From: the human T2T-CHM13v2.0 reference genome, Homo sapiens
Direction: 5' to 3' (one strand)
DNA: 64,000 nt
Assembly (NCBI RefSeq): GCF_009914755.1
Contig: NC_060940.1
Shown here: in pieces, positions 38,621 to 52,100 of the stretch
Layout of the letters: every line of letters begins with the position of its first letter
Numbering within the stretch: the stretch's first letter is position 1
Translations under genes and position numbers: made by a program
Notes under the pieces: model-generated
Told to the model about the DNA's origin: nothing
What the model saw: the letters and a program-made list of their open reading frames with translations, nothing else
The model's database searches: none

Positions 38621-40980
38621 TTTCCTCTTTTGCCTCCTAATACATTTTCTTATAGGGAGCATCCTGCAATACAACTGTTAAGACCACTTAATGTTATCTT
38701 TGGATTAAAAATGGTACCACTCTCATAAATCAATGAGTTTCATACCCTAAATTATGCCAGATTAAGAAAATGAAATCTGACTGTAAATTACTTCTCTAGG
38801 AGCAAATGATTGCTTGATTCTATTGTAGAAAATAAAAATTTTTTACTTAAAAAAACCACACAAATTAAAAAATGGAACTCACTTTCACAGTCAAGAGTTA
38901 CTTCTATTTTTTTTTTACAGTAAATGCGCTCTTTAAGATGTTGCAAGCTCAATTCATGATTTTTTTTTCTTTTTCTGTATGTTTCTAAATTTAGAAGTTA
39001 CATTTACAAGGAGGTAATTTGCAAGGTCATCCTTTTTTAAAGAAATTTAAGCAGGAGATGAGGTCTTTCCAGGTTTGAGGGTGATAGCTCGTGATTCTTC
39101 ATCAACTTTGGCCAAACCTTCGTGGATTCCTGTGTGCTGATTATTAGTGCCTTGCCTACAAATTTTTAATACATTGACTTATCTAAATATTCCTCCATGC
39201 ACACTCCCCAATCTAAGAAAAATGTGAGATGTTGGGAAATGTTTCCAAGAATAGACCAAAGGATTAGTCAGCCTAGAGAAGTGAACTTTAAGAGGAACTA
39301 TGTTTATTCAGTGGTGATTATTTGCTGACCCAGTGCTAGGCACGTGAGAGTGAGAGGGATGGAATGCTTGCAGGAGTTGCCTTGGATATCACACACTGAC
39401 TTGGGAGACACACATAGCGACAGAAAATTACAACATAGGGACACCCGGGGAAAATGTAGACGAGGTTTAGGGGTTGCTCAGAGGAGGAATTAACTCTATA
39501 AGGAAGTATTCTGATAATGGCTTTCAATTATAGGACATATCTAATAACATGATTACATACTCTCTTAATAGTGTAGCACTATAGTTGTTATTTATTTCCC
39601 ACACTGAACAAATATAATTATCATATACACCCTTTCCATTATTAGCTCTCTCCATTTTTAATGAAAACAGTGGTTGGTGGTTTATAAGAAGTTTTTTGTC
39701 GGTGTGATCTTTCACATCAGTTTGCTACCCAGAATTTAAACATTCCTTTTTTGCTGCTGTTTTAATTTGAAATAAGAATGGTAGCCCCCAGGTCCCCTAA
39801 CAGTGGGTGCTGATTTCACAGTGGGCTTACAAATGCTCTTCAAGAGTATCTCAGTGTTGAGTCCAGCCACCCAAGGGAGACTGGTTCTTCACTGTGCATC
39901 ATGGCCTTTTAATGCCATTTTGCTTTTTTATCATCCAATCAGCAGATGTTCTTTCTTCATTCACGTTGAAAGCACTTCGCTATGGAAACGAGTAAAGTTC
40001 ATTGTCTTATTTTTTGTTTGTTTTGTTTTCTGATGTCCTGACAGCAGAATCAATCTTCGGAATCCTTTTCAATAAAAAAAAAAATTACCAAAACAAATAT
40101 GATCACAGAAGCTTTTAAAATCTGAAATCCCAGGAAGCTAATTAGTGCATCCTTTTAAGATGGCTTCCTGCATTTCGATATACGCATAAGCTTGGGTTTC
40201 AGATGCAGTTGGCAGTTTGCCATGAGTCAGACAGGTCATCCTGACTCTCAGGAACACGGAGCTCCTGCAGAAGCCTGTGGAGCGAGGGCAAGTTGGGATC
40301 CTCCCCTGTGTTAGCACGTGACTGTCCTCTGTCACCATGTAGCAGGTGGAGGCCAGGAACTACATTTTCTTGGGTTCCTGGTGGTTAGTTGTACGCCCCA
40401 TGAACTTCTCTCATTTCCTTAATTATATCCAAAATAATGCCCTTGTTTTATTTCCCCACTTGGCACTGAGCCTTAGGGAGCAGGAACTGTGTATATCCCA
40501 CAGCTTTGCATGGCACTTGGCACGTAGGAATGTATTAAATGCAGCTGCTTTCGTGCAGGAAGCGCGGACTTCAGATTTGGTCAAAGATCCATGATTTCAG
40601 AGCAGGCAGCCCTTTTAAACCTGTATCTGAGTCACTTCAATGCCTTGTGTTTCTGCTCTGGGCTGCAAACTCAAGAGCAGCAACCACTTATCTTGGTACC
40701 TGTAGTCCCGAGCCCTGTGTCTGGCTCAGAGTAGGCCCTACATAAATGTTTGCTCCTCCTCACTGAGTGGCTGCATGAATTGCATCCAGCATGTCTACTC
40801 TGGGAAAGAACCTGTGGAGCCTCTTTAGGAGTGTGTTTTTGCCCTCCCTCGGAATCTGGTGATCTCACTACCAATGGCAAAGACAAACTGTGAGGTGTTT
40901 TTTTGTTTGTGTGCACGCGCACATATGTGTGTGTGTAAAAAGGCCATGGAAATATAAAATTGTAACCTAAATGCCTTCAC

Positions 40981-41270
40981 GGCCAGTTATGGTGGCTCAC
41001 GCCTGTAATTCCAGCACTCTGGGAGGCCAAGATGAGAGGATCACTTGAGCCTAGAAGTTTGAGACCAGTCAGGGCAATATAGACTACCTGCAAAAAGAAA
41101 AAAAAAAAATGCCATGTGTAGTGGTGTGCGCCTGTAGTCCCAGCTACTCAGGGGGCTGAGGCAGGAAGATTGCTTGAGCCTGGGACGTCAAGGCTGCAGT
41201 GAACCATGATGGTGCCACTGCACTCCAGGCTGTGTGACAGAGCAAGACCCCATCTCTAAATAAGTAAATA
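40981..41270 (+). mobile_element. Alu (AluJ-like)
   Basis: GGATCACTTGAGCCTAGAAG and GTCAAGGCTGCAGTGA are J diagnostics; TSD core TAAATGCCT on both sides. Confidence 0.94.
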
Positions 41271-41520
41271 AATGCCTCTGTGAATCCATCTCATTGCATT
41301 GGAAAGACCTCCAGGATTCTCTCCAGAAGAATCTTTCCCAACATAAAATCCATTGTTAATCACATTTGACACACATGTGTGCCCATGTCTCTGGGCCTGT
41401 GTCCATAGGCATCTACGTCACTGCAGAGTGAACCCTTTCGGTTCACATCACCTGCTCCCCTCCTGGGCCTCCTGAGGGGTGTGAGAGTGGCACATTCCAC
41501 AGGAAGGGAACCCTGCATGT

Positions 41521-41552
41521 CCATGTGCCATGTGCCATGTGCCATGTGCCAT
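41521..41552. repeat. (CCATGTG)4 heptamer tandem repeat
   Basis: Four exact copies plus CCAT. Confidence 0.9.
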
Positions 41553-41899
41553 CTTAGAGACGTAAAAACACTTTGTATGTTTGCGGTACAACTCAGTAAC
41601 CCATTGGTGCAGATATGTGATTCTTAGGATGGCCCACATGGGTCTCTTTCACACACCCACGTGCATGACCCAAGTGAGCAAACAGGCAGAGACTGGGACC
41701 AGAAGCTCACTGTGGTTCTAAGCAAGCAGTTGAACTGGTGGCTTCTGATGGCCTGAGAAGCAGTTTCCCTTGATAAGTCTTCAGCCACACAAAAAGAGAC
41801 TGTAGCTCACAACACTCACAGTCAAAGCCACTGGAAATAACTATTTCCTATCAAATAAAGCCTTTCTCTTGAAAAATTTGAAGAAAAAAAAAAAACCCA

Positions 41900-42200
41900 C
41901 CTAGTGAAACCTTAGAATCAACCTGAAGGTTCAACAGCAGGTGAATGATTCCATAAATCATAGTATATTCACTTAATGGAATACTAGGTAGCCACTAAAA
42001 TAAAATGACAGTTGGAAAAAATACTTATGATAAAAGGTTTAATGACAAAGTGGGGTTCAAAATGAGAGATACTCTCTGACTAGAACTATATTAAAAGAAA
42101 GATGGATGGGGGAGAGGACGGTGGGTGATATATTATCTACATAGATACTTTTTTTCACTTTTCAAAGTGTTTAATGTGTTGCACAGCCTTTAGAATTTGA
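41900..42200 (+). mobile_element. Old L1 (L1ME-like) 3' fragment
   Basis: CAACCTGAAGGTTCAACAGCAGGTGAATGATTCCATAAATCATAGTATATTCAC...ATGGAATACTAGGTAGCCACTAAAA. Confidence 0.6.
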
Positions 42201-42609
42201 AAATGTCTAACTTAAAATGCCTCCCTAGTGAAATCTGTGGCAGCTTATAAACTGGCAGGATACTGTATTTTCAAGATACGCAATTGTAAGTGGTGCTCAC
42301 ATACAGTCAGAATGTTTATTTGACCTTGATCTTGTGAGGGCTTGGTTCCCATGGCTTTGTAGAGTGAAAGGTCCTGAGAGGCAGGTTAGTGACGATACCG
42401 GGACACGTATTGTAGACAGGTTGATAAAGCAAGCTTCCCTCAGCCCAGTTTTCAGTGGCAAATGCCTCTTGGCCACCAATGCTGTACACTTTGTTTCTGT
42501 TTCCTTACCTGTCAGGCAGTTACTGAAAAATTATCTTTTCCCCCAAATACAATAATTAGTGCCTTGGCCAGACAAGTTACAGCAAATCCTTCAAGATTAA
42601 GAAGGGACT

Positions 42610-42901
42610 AGCCGGGTGTGGTGGCTCACGCCTGTAATCCCAGCTCTTTGGGAGGCTGAGGCAGGTGGATCACCTGAGGTCAGGAGTTCGAGATTAGCTT
42701 GACCAACATAGTGAAACCCCGTCTCTACTAAAAATACAAAAATTAGCCAGGCGTGGTGGCGCATGCCTATAATCCCAGCTACTCTGGGCCTGAGGCAGGA
42801 AAATCACTTGAACCTGGGAGACAGAGGTTTCAGTGAGCCGAGATCGCACCATTGCACTCCAGCCTGGGCAACAAGAGTGAAACTCCATCTCAAAAACAAA
42901 A
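42610..42901 (+). mobile_element. Alu (AluSq-like)
   Basis: Full dimer with CAACAAGAGTGAAACTCC; TSD ATTAAGAAGGGACT / ATTAAGAGGGACT. Confidence 0.96.
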
Positions 42902-44089
42902 ATTAAGAGGGACTGATGTCCAGTGAATTTCTATGTCCGCCCTAAGCACTGAGGTGAAATGAAGCCTAGATGGTTCTTTTAGAATATGAGTGAGCAGTAC
43001 TCATGGTTAATTTTAGAAGCTAATAAGTATATATTTGATAACTTTAACAGAAATATTAATACTAATTAAGAGTAAAAAGATGATGAATAAAGTAGCTTCA
43101 CTTATTGAGCCTTTACTAGATGCCATCTTGCATAAATGGTTGTCATTTTGCAAAATGTATTCCATCTAATATTAGCAGTAACCCTGAGGACTTGGTATTC
43201 TTACCTGGATGTGTCTTATATCAACATGCACGCGTTCTCTCCCTCAGCATACCGTGTCTTATTAACTTCTAACCTCCCTCTCATTATCCCACCAATCTCT
43301 GCCAGTACAACCACATCAACTGTGCAGATCACTTCTCTAGTGTTTGGGATTTGGGGCAACCTACTGGGTCTAGCTATGACCCCATAAAAGTTGAACAACT
43401 CTGCCTTAATGGCGCTAATTTTTAATATGCCTCATTCTAGTTGCTTGAATTGAACGAAGGCATTTGAAAATTGCTGAAGTGCTTGTCAGTGATGAAATGT
43501 TACAGATCAGTTTGAAATCCAACTTTATTCAACATAAGAAAGCCTATATACTCTGGAGCTTAAAGACAGACCTTTTCACTTACTGTAAGGTATCTAAGAC
43601 TTCTGGGTGTGGGTTTTAAATATATTTTGGATGAGCTTTGTTCATGTTTACACATGGCCACCAGGTCGGCCACAAAGCTGTGGCTCTGGTCAGTCTGACT
43701 CTCTTTAGCAGGAATCACGTGACAATCTGTGTCTGTGATTAGCTCCGTGGATATTACTAGGTAGATTTCTCACTTGTCCTTGTTTTGATCTTCATTCCTG
43801 GGTGAAAGAATCCCAGGGAGTGGAAAATGTAGGTAGTTCATAGGGCTCCTGACCTTCCATGGACTGTGTCTAACTCAGCTGTGATGAGGACGTGCTCTGA
43901 TTCTGATGAAGGATGTTAGCATTAGAGGCAGGCCTGTGTGCCTGTTCTGTGTCCTGGCACCGATGTTTAACAAAAAAGATCCTTTCAGAGTTACTCATAC
44001 GACTTACACATTCCCATGGGAGCTCCAACTCTGTTTGGTCCCAATGTGCCCTTTTTGTCTCACTCCTTCCTCCCACACATCCTGCTCCC

Positions 44090-44355
44090 CACTCCCCTAA
44101 TTACTCATGATTCCACTAACAGCCACATCCTTTCACACCTCTGAGCTTTTGGTCATGCTGTAATCTCTACCTGAGTTCCATTCCTGCCTCCACCCTTGCC
44201 TGTCAAATTCCTTAGCTTCATGCCTTTGAATTTTAGCAGAAATGTTACCTGCTCTATGAAACTGGATTTTCCCTTTGTCTCCATTCCCTAAGCTGCACAT
44301 TAGAGCACCTGTTACAGTTTGAAGTGACCCCTATATGGATTGTTTGCACACCTGT
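44090..44355 (+). mobile_element. L2 fragment
   Basis: TTTCACACCTCTGAGCTTTTGGTCATGCTG...AATGTTACCTGCTCTATGAAAC. Confidence 0.6.
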
Positions 44356-44363
44356 GTTGCAAA

Positions 44364-44727
44364 TGTATTAGTTAGGATAGGCTGAGCTACAGTAAGAAAT
44401 AGCCCCCAAAATGCATTATAGCTGAAACCCCCAAAGGGGGGTTTCTAACACAGAAAGCAACATAAGTGGGTAGTCCTGGCCAATGGCAGCTACGTTCCAC
44501 AAAGTGACTCAGGGATCCAGGCTGCAGACACTTAGTGGTTCCATTCTCCCTGCTGATATCTGCATCCAGTCATCTGGTATTTCTTACCAGCCTTAACCTC
44601 ATTCTATTGGTAAGCACTAGTCACATGGCTATCTCCCACTGAAAAGTAGGATGTCAAATATCCTCTAGCCCTTTGCTCAGGAAGAAGAGCAAATGGATTT
44701 TTGTTAAGAAGCTGGCAGTCTGTCACA
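44364..44727 (-). mobile_element. MLT1J/K-type MaLR solo LTR
   Basis: TGTATTAGTTAGGATAGGC start; ACTCAGGGATCCAGGCTG; ATTGGTAAGCACTAGTCACATGGC; ends CAGTCTGTCACA. Confidence 0.75.
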
Positions 44728-45229
44728 GGAGCTACTTGAGGATACACACAGTTTTCTCCCCATTAGCATCTCCAGTCTCTGGTATAAACTTGAGTCTTCT
44801 CTTTGGTCCCTGATAAATATACATAGAATGTATGGATGTGAGAAAGTTAAACTGATGTCTGTGTGTCTTCATGTCATTAAACTTTGAATCTACGGACATG
44901 TCTTTTTCTTTCTGGCATAGTTTGGAGGTCTTCATTTTGTGATTGAATACAAAACACCGAGGGCTTTAAGGAGGCATAGTGGTATGTTCAGCTGTATTTT
45001 CTCATAATATAGAGTCATAGGAAACCTGAGCCTTGGCATTTGTAAGGCGAAAAGACCCCTGGAAAAGAGTAATATAGTAATTCATCTTTATTTGAAAAGT
45101 ATATCATCATCCATTTATTTCCCCACTGGCATAATCCAGGCCGACTTTGGCTCCCCTTCCTGTGAAATGCACCCTTTCCCTCTCATCAGTTTCCACCCCT
45201 CCTGCTGAAAATGGAGTACAATGAATAGA

Positions 45230-45840
45230 TGTATAATAAAATCTTTTAATTGTCTTAGCATATGTTGCTTTTATTAGGTGGGCATAATTGCATTCATGGG
45301 ATCACCTACAAAGTCCTTTCGAATATAAAATTGAAATGGCTTCACACTCAGTGCACAAGTCCTTCTGAGGCACTGTTTTCCCCTTCGCTGCCTCCGGTTC
45401 CCCTTTTGCTGTGAAGTTCACATTGAAGTGTGAAAAGAGAGACGTGGCAACTGACACATGCTGGATCTTATCAGCCGCGAGTGCCGTTGTGGCCGACTGA
45501 AAAGCGACTGTCATTTCTACACCATTTATTCCTCGCCTGGCCTCATTGCTCGCTTCGTTTCGGAGGAAATTTTCCCTGTTAAAGTACTGTACTTGTCATT
45601 TATTTCCCTTTTTTCCACTCTCCCTCCCTCCGTGGCTGGGTTTGGATATGCATTTATCCAAAAGGCAAGGCTTTTACACACTTCCGCTAACCTCTTATGG
45701 TCAGGCTCATAAAAGCAACCCAACAAAGCTTTTATGGGGTCATTACAGATCCCTCAAATCCCTCTCCTTCCAGCTTTCAATAATTCTCTTGTCTCTAATC
45801 AATTCACCGGCTCTTTTATTTGAAAATGGGTGATGGAGTG
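45230..45840. promoter_or_regulatory. Candidate conserved non-coding element / enhancer
   Basis: Unique sequence with retained CpGs (45470-45565), GATA (CTTATCAG 45467), MEIS (CTGTCA 45508) and inverted posterior-HOX/CDX sites (45706, 45730). Inference only. Confidence 0.5.
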
Positions 45841-45982
45841 GGGGAAAAAAGTGGGAGCATCAGCTGAAAACCCACTTTATTTGGACTAAGGTTTCTCAAT
45901 GTGTGTTCAGTTCTGGCTCATGCTTGGCACTTACATTTGAGCCATATTCAGTAGTCCCAGCCTTACTTGTTCTTTTACAAAA

Positions 45983-46553
45983 AGGGTCAGCAGACTTTCT
46001 GAAAAGGGACAGATAGTAAATATTTTAGGCTTTGTGGACCATAGGGCCTGTGTCAAAAGTACTCATTGTTACCATTTTCCTTACTTTGTTCAGGCTGCTA
46101 TAACAGATACCATAAACTAGGTAGCTTATAAATAACAGAAATGTAATTCTTAACGTTCTGGAGCCTGGGAAGTCCAAGAGCAAAGCAACGGCAGATTCAG
46201 CTTCTGTTGAGGGCTCGTTCCCTGGCTCATAGATGGTGACTTCTCGCTGTGTCAACTTAGTGGGAGGGGATAAAGCAGCTCTCTGGGGCTTCTTTTAGAA
46301 AGGCACAAATCCACTCTTGTGATCTAATCACCTTTCAAAGGCCCTATCTTCTAATATTATCACATTGGAGATTCCTTTTCAACGCTTGAATTTTTTGAGG
46401 ATGCAAACCTTCAGACCATAGCACTATCATAGTGCAAAACAACCATGGACAATACACAAATGAACAAGTGACTATTTGCTAATAGTTTTATTTACAAAAA
46501 ACAAAAAACAGTGGGCAGGATTTGACCCATGGGCTGCAGTTTGCTGATCCCTG
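45983..46553. mobile_element. MER58A hAT MITE, split by an MLT1A0-like LTR
   Basis: Left part AGGGACAGATAGTAAATATTTTAGGCTTTGTGGACC; right part GGCAGGATTTGACCCATGGGCTGCAGTTTGCTGATCCCTG. Confidence 0.85.
46077..46423 (-). mobile_element. MLT1A0-like MaLR solo LTR
   Basis: GTTCAGGCTGCTATAACAGATACCATAAACT...TTCTGGAGCCTGGGAAGTCCAAGA...CTTCAGACCATAGCA. Confidence 0.88.
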
Positions 46554-46558
46554 TTTTA

Positions 46559-46863
<305 letters not shown>

Positions 46864-47344
46864 TGATTCCTGTTTTACATATTAAAAATTTCATCTCTCC
46901 AATCTTCGAAGAATCCGTAGTCCATTTTTAAGTAGCTCTTGTCTTCCAAAGGTATGCGATGTGCATACCTAATGCTCTTCCTGGATGGGAGAATATTACC
47001 AAAAACGTTTGGTCGACTAATTTTATGACAGTTTCCAACTACAATTTTTTTCCTCTTTGCTTTCTTTTGAATAATAGAAACAATTTTTTTTGTTTAATAT
47101 ATCTTGAAGTACTTCACTTAAGAAATAACTTCATGGTGGCACAGAGAGCTGTTTAGTTAGAAGACTGAGTATTATATTTCCCATTGACTATGCAGGACCT
47201 TCTAGGGAAATGTGAGTTTATCATACTCCTGCAAGGTAAATGCAGCAGTGAGAAGAATCAGTCTACTGTGCTAAACCTGGCCCTGCCTCAGCAATATTCT
47301 GTGAGCCTGGAGGTCAAGAGTTAGGGGACCAAGGTCCTGCTAAG

Positions 47345-47520
47345 GACACATGGGGGAACTACCAGAAACTCATCATCTCATTTAAACTCACAAAACCTGG
47401 AAGGGACATAATTAAAAGTCCTGTCTTCCAAAAGTGTAGCATTAAACTCAGAGATGTAAAACAACGTGTCTAAATGCCAGGTAAGCAATGCTTACTTGAC
47501 TTGGACCAGGGTGGTGAATG
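47345..47520 (-). mobile_element. MIR
   Basis: CATCATCTCATTTAAACTCACAAAACC...AAACTCAGAGATGTAAAACAACGTGTCTAA. Confidence 0.55.
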
Positions 47521-48859
47521 AACATAAAAACCGATTACAACATTTTTCCATTTTTATGTTTCCTCTGAAACCAGCCATGAGAGGTACTGTTAGCAAATCA
47601 CGCCTTATTCCTAGGCAGACTTCTTGGGTACACTTTCCACCCTCCCCAGCAGTAATGCCTGACCAACTAATGGAATCCTAACTATTGCAGTATGTGACGC
47701 CTGGCAGCTCCAGTCCGAACCAAGGGAAAACCTGCAAACATGCAATCCTTCATGCTTTTGTTTTTGTTTTTCCTTCAGCCTAGCTAAAATGAAGGCAACA
47801 TTCAGAATGATGTTAGAATCTAGGTGTGGAAAGCAATGTAGCTTCTGGCTGGTTCCTTGAGTGACCATGTGGAGCAGAGCTTCCCTTCCATTGTATTTGA
47901 GCCACTGGAAATCTATTACCTGATCTTTCTTTACCAGATCCTTCTTTAGTTGGGTATGGCCAGGCTCAGTGAATCCAGTAGATGTTTGAATGGGAAAGGA
48001 CTGAAAGATCTCAACCTTGAATCCCTTAACTCCTTGGGATGTGTAATGGAGATGTATAAGCTGTTTTTAAACATTTCAGCAGCTGTCATGGAACTTAACC
48101 AAATGAGTCTAAGTACCCTATGAACACATTTGATTTAGGTTGGAATTACAGCATAGATGTGAAGTGACTTGTCCAAGGACACACAGGTGATGAAGTTTAC
48201 ATACAAGACTTAAGTCCATGTTACTGGATTCCTAGACCAGGTTTTTTTTTTCCCCTTATCCCATAGAAGATGGTTGTTGTCTTGAGGTTTCCACTGAGTT
48301 GCTTTTTGAGAGATTCTATTGTGCACTTTTGCCCAGTTCAACAAGAAAGAATCTTTGCTATGTTAGAAGAGACTCTGGGGAATCCAGAGTCTTGGTCACG
48401 GGTACATCAAAACGATGCTGGTGCCTAACTTCTAGTTCCAGACAAAGAAGGAGAGAGAGAGAGGTCAGTAATTTATAGGCTGACATTTTCCTTGGGTCCT
48501 TATAATACTTGTTTATTACAGATAATTTGCTTAAGTGTGCACAAGGTGGAAGGTCACGCAAGGAAGCTTTTTATTAGTTGTGTACTGAATGGATCAATAG
48601 TGATTTGAATACTATAAATCTATCCGTTAACAGGTTTATTTCTTCATCAGATATTAATTCCAGAGGGTTTCACCCATTATAAAATGGACATAAAGCCTGG
48701 GGTGGTGATGGTGCTGCCTCTGTAACCAGGCTCAGCTGTGTGTCTTCGTGAGCCTCCTTGTGGACCCTCAAATGTGGGAAGGAGATAGGGGCAGGAGGAA
48801 TTGGGGAAATAGGAACCTTAGAAACCCTGAAGAAGTGGAAAGAGAAAAGGAAGGTCAGT

Positions 48860-49042
48860 CATTCATTCAATTGCTTAATTTGCTTCTTTCTTTTTCTCTT
48901 CTTCTTTCTCTCTCTTCTCTCTCTCTTTCTCCCTCCCTCCCTCCATTTCTTCATTCCTTTCTTGTCTCCCTGTCTATCTGTCTGTGTATATCTATTCATC
49001 TATCCATCCATCCATCCATTCATCAATCCATTTATCCACTCT
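48860..49042. repeat. CT-rich / (TCCA)n low-complexity tract
   Basis: Pyrimidine-rich run followed by TCTA/TCCA tetramers. Confidence 0.85.
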
Positions 49043-49049
49043 GAATAGA

Positions 49050-50010
49050 AACCTAATATAGATATACAAAATGAAAAACTAGGAAAATGCAAGAAACCTT
49101 GACAAAATTGCTACTGTTTCTAATTCCAATACTTAATAATAACCACTGCTACATACAAGGACATTTGTGTCTGGTCTTTTTCCCTATTCCAGGCACATGC
49201 ATTTTAATACAGTTGAGATCATATTGTATGTCTGATTTTTTAGCGTATTAGATTTTTTACATTATTAAGTTAATACATGCTCATTTAAATAAGTCAAACA
49301 ATATGAATATATAAGAAGAAAACGCTCGTAATTTATGCTCTACCTCTTCCCTTTGCTAAGTGGCAATTTTGGACCTTCTGTGACCGTGCAAACATGCAGA
49401 TTATACATGCACTATAGGAGTGGAATGTATGTGATTTAATAGCGTAATATTTTGTCCATTATTTTAAAACTTGCTTTATTTGGTCAAGACATACGGAACA
49501 CGTATAGATCAAACAAAAATTTTTAAAAATGCTTGCATACTGCTCTGTGCTGTGGAGTAGCCCTAATTAAATCAATCATTCCTCTGTTTATGGGCATTCC
49601 ATTTCTTTTCAATTTTGATATTATTGTTGTTTTAGCCCTTATGAATACTACAGCAATATATGTTATTATATACTGCTGGTTTTAATTTTGTAGGACAGAT
49701 GGGATTTCTGAGTCAAAGGTCAGGTGACATAATTTTGTATCCTGTGGTTTTACTTAACACTATGCAGAACGATTTCCTCGTATTGTTGAAAACTCTTGGT
49801 AGGGGTTTTTTTTTTAATTGGCTGGAAGCACTTCATCATATAGTTGTACCAAAGTTTGCTTAACATCCCCCTTATTACTCAGCCTTTGGGTGGTATCCAG
49901 TTCTTTGCTTTGATAAATAATGCTGAGATGAACATCTTTCTGCATGGCTCTTTTTCCTTCTTTTGACATACTTGGAGTTCTAGAAGTGGAATTACTGGGT
50001 CGGAGGTCAC
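49050..50010 (-). mobile_element. Old L1ME-type fragments
   Basis: TTCTTTGCTTTGATAAATAATGCTGAGATGAACATCTTT...TTCTAGAAGTGGAATTACTGGGTC and a similar earlier block near 49560-49730. Confidence 0.6.
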
Positions 50011-50837
50011 AAATGGAGAGGTCTTTTAAATCTCAGCCTGCAAACAATCCCACTGCAGGTTTAGGCTGCATGTTTCATCCATTTGCAGCTGTAGCATTTT
50101 ACAAACCACAGCATAAACCCTAGGAATAATTCTGTTCCCCACTGGGATAGAGCATTGTTATTAATATAATTTTACAAACATCATTCGTTTGAAAGCTTTA
50201 TCCAGCCTCACCACAGCTCATTAGTGAACCTTCTGACAATCCCGGGGCAGTTTGTGGATTCTGCAGCAGACAGGTTATCGTGTGCTGAAGGGTACCGCAG
50301 GGGAACCTTCCAACATCCCCACCCTACCCAAAGGATGATTCCTGCTCACACCAGCCAGCTGGAGACATTAGAGCATTACTTCTCGGTGGCAAGGGAGGGA
50401 CTCTTGTTCTTTCTGGTGGTTCGTTTTCATCTTCAGGTCATGCCCTGTGTCACCTGACTCAGGCACCATTAGCATCTGGGGCTGTACACGTCTTTGTACT
50501 GCACACTGTAGGGTATCCAGGATTCCTGGCCCTGCCCCATGATATACCAGCGCCATGTTGTCATCAAAACAACCGGAAATGCCTTTTGTGTCTCCCTACT
50601 TCCCTTTTTAACATGTCAGCCCTTGGTCTCGATATTCACATCTATATTTTTCCTTATCCCGTTAATATATGTTATCTAAATATGTGCCATCTTTGTTTAT
50701 GGGCTTTTGGTGTAAGAACTCTCTGAGAATGCAGTGATTCTTCACTGGGATTGGAAGGGATCAGAAGGAGGGAAAGTAATTAGCGGGGCCTGTTATAATG
50801 GGGTTGGTGGGGTTATTTGTGCTTTTAAAGTAGAATA

Positions 50838-51065
50838 TCAGGGTGTTTAAAAGCCAAGATTCTGGAGTCAGAAGGCCTGGGTTCAAATCCTGACCCCTCC
50901 TCTTGCAAGCTTGTGACACCGGGCAAGTTATTAACCTCTTTATGCCTTTATTTTACTATAAATATGGGATAATTATAGTTTTTACTGCATAGTTTTGTTA
51001 TGAGGAGTAAATGAGTCACTATTTCTGAGACACTTCGTGCCTGGCACAGAACGAGCACTGTGTGT
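50838..51065 (+). mobile_element. MIR, near full length
   Basis: TTCTGGAGTCAGAAGGCCTGGGTTCAAATCCTGACC...GGGCAAGTTATTAACCTC...GTGCCTGGCACAG. Confidence 0.9.
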
Positions 51066-51874
51066 GTGTTACAGAAATATATGTGGGTGGGTGTGTTTCT
51101 GTTTTCCGTAATTCCAGCTAGGCAAAGACATATTTAACAAAAGCCTTCTGGGCTGATGAGCATCCTCAGAAAGTAGGCTGAGGGAGCTCTTTTAAGGCAG
51201 CAGGACTAAGAAGGTAAAGACATGTACTAGGCGGGTCAGCATAGTGGTGGCCCTCGTCTGACACACATATTTCAGGAGGGGTCACCCCTGCCGTCTTCCA
51301 TGTTGGGGTGCTCTTCTCTGGCAACCCACTATGGGTACTCCACTGCTGGCCTTCATGCAGGTGGAACCACACCGGGAAGACCCAAGCCGAGGGGAGAAGG
51401 CGTGAGCAGAGCAGGTGGCAGGCACCATGAGGCAGGGCTAGCCTTGCCCACTGTCTGTGGCTGACCAGCTAGACTCTTTTCCTTTTCTTGCAAACCTAAT
51501 GTAGGTACAAGGTCAAGGCTCCCTGTGAGGCTTGCATAGCACCTTCAACCTTCTAGTCTTTGTCCTCCCAGAAGGAAAAAAATGAGAGGAGGGAGGGACA
51601 CAAGAAAAGAAGATGCATTTTGTCAGCCACCGTGCTATGAAATGCTAGCGCAGATGACGTTCAGAACTGCCCTGTGAGCAGACATAAAAGCTTAGGCTCA
51701 AAGAGATTAAATGTCTTATTTCTGCTTTTGGAAGATACACATTTTATTTTTTTCTGTGTCTCTGAATTGGCATCCAACCATAATCATTGTGCTAATTTAC
51801 TGTATTCTTACTCTCCCTCTCCAGTGCTGTGAGTAAATCAGTGTGTTCCTTATACTTAATAACATACTAAGTGG

Positions 51875-52100
51875 CAATAATAATTATTATAACAAATGTA
51901 TCAAATAACTATGTGTGAACTCTGCATGTTTCAGCCCATTTAATACCCATTACCTACGGAGGTGGTTTCTACTATTGCACCCACTCTACAGATGAGAAAA
52001 TGGAGGCACAAAAAGTTAAATCATCTGCCCTAGGTCCCAGAGCTGGAATTTGAACCAAAGGTTCTGTGCCTCCCAAATTTGTATTCTTATCTCTGCATCA
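51875..52100 (-). mobile_element. MIR
   Basis: TACAGATGAGAAAATGGAGGCACAAAAAGTTAAATCATCTGCCCTAGGTC...GGAATTTGAACC. Confidence 0.8.

Noticed and set aside
45547-45557. TGCTCGCTTCG resembling the U6 snRNA 5' end
   Set aside because: Only 11 nt match; the downstream U6 sequence is absent.
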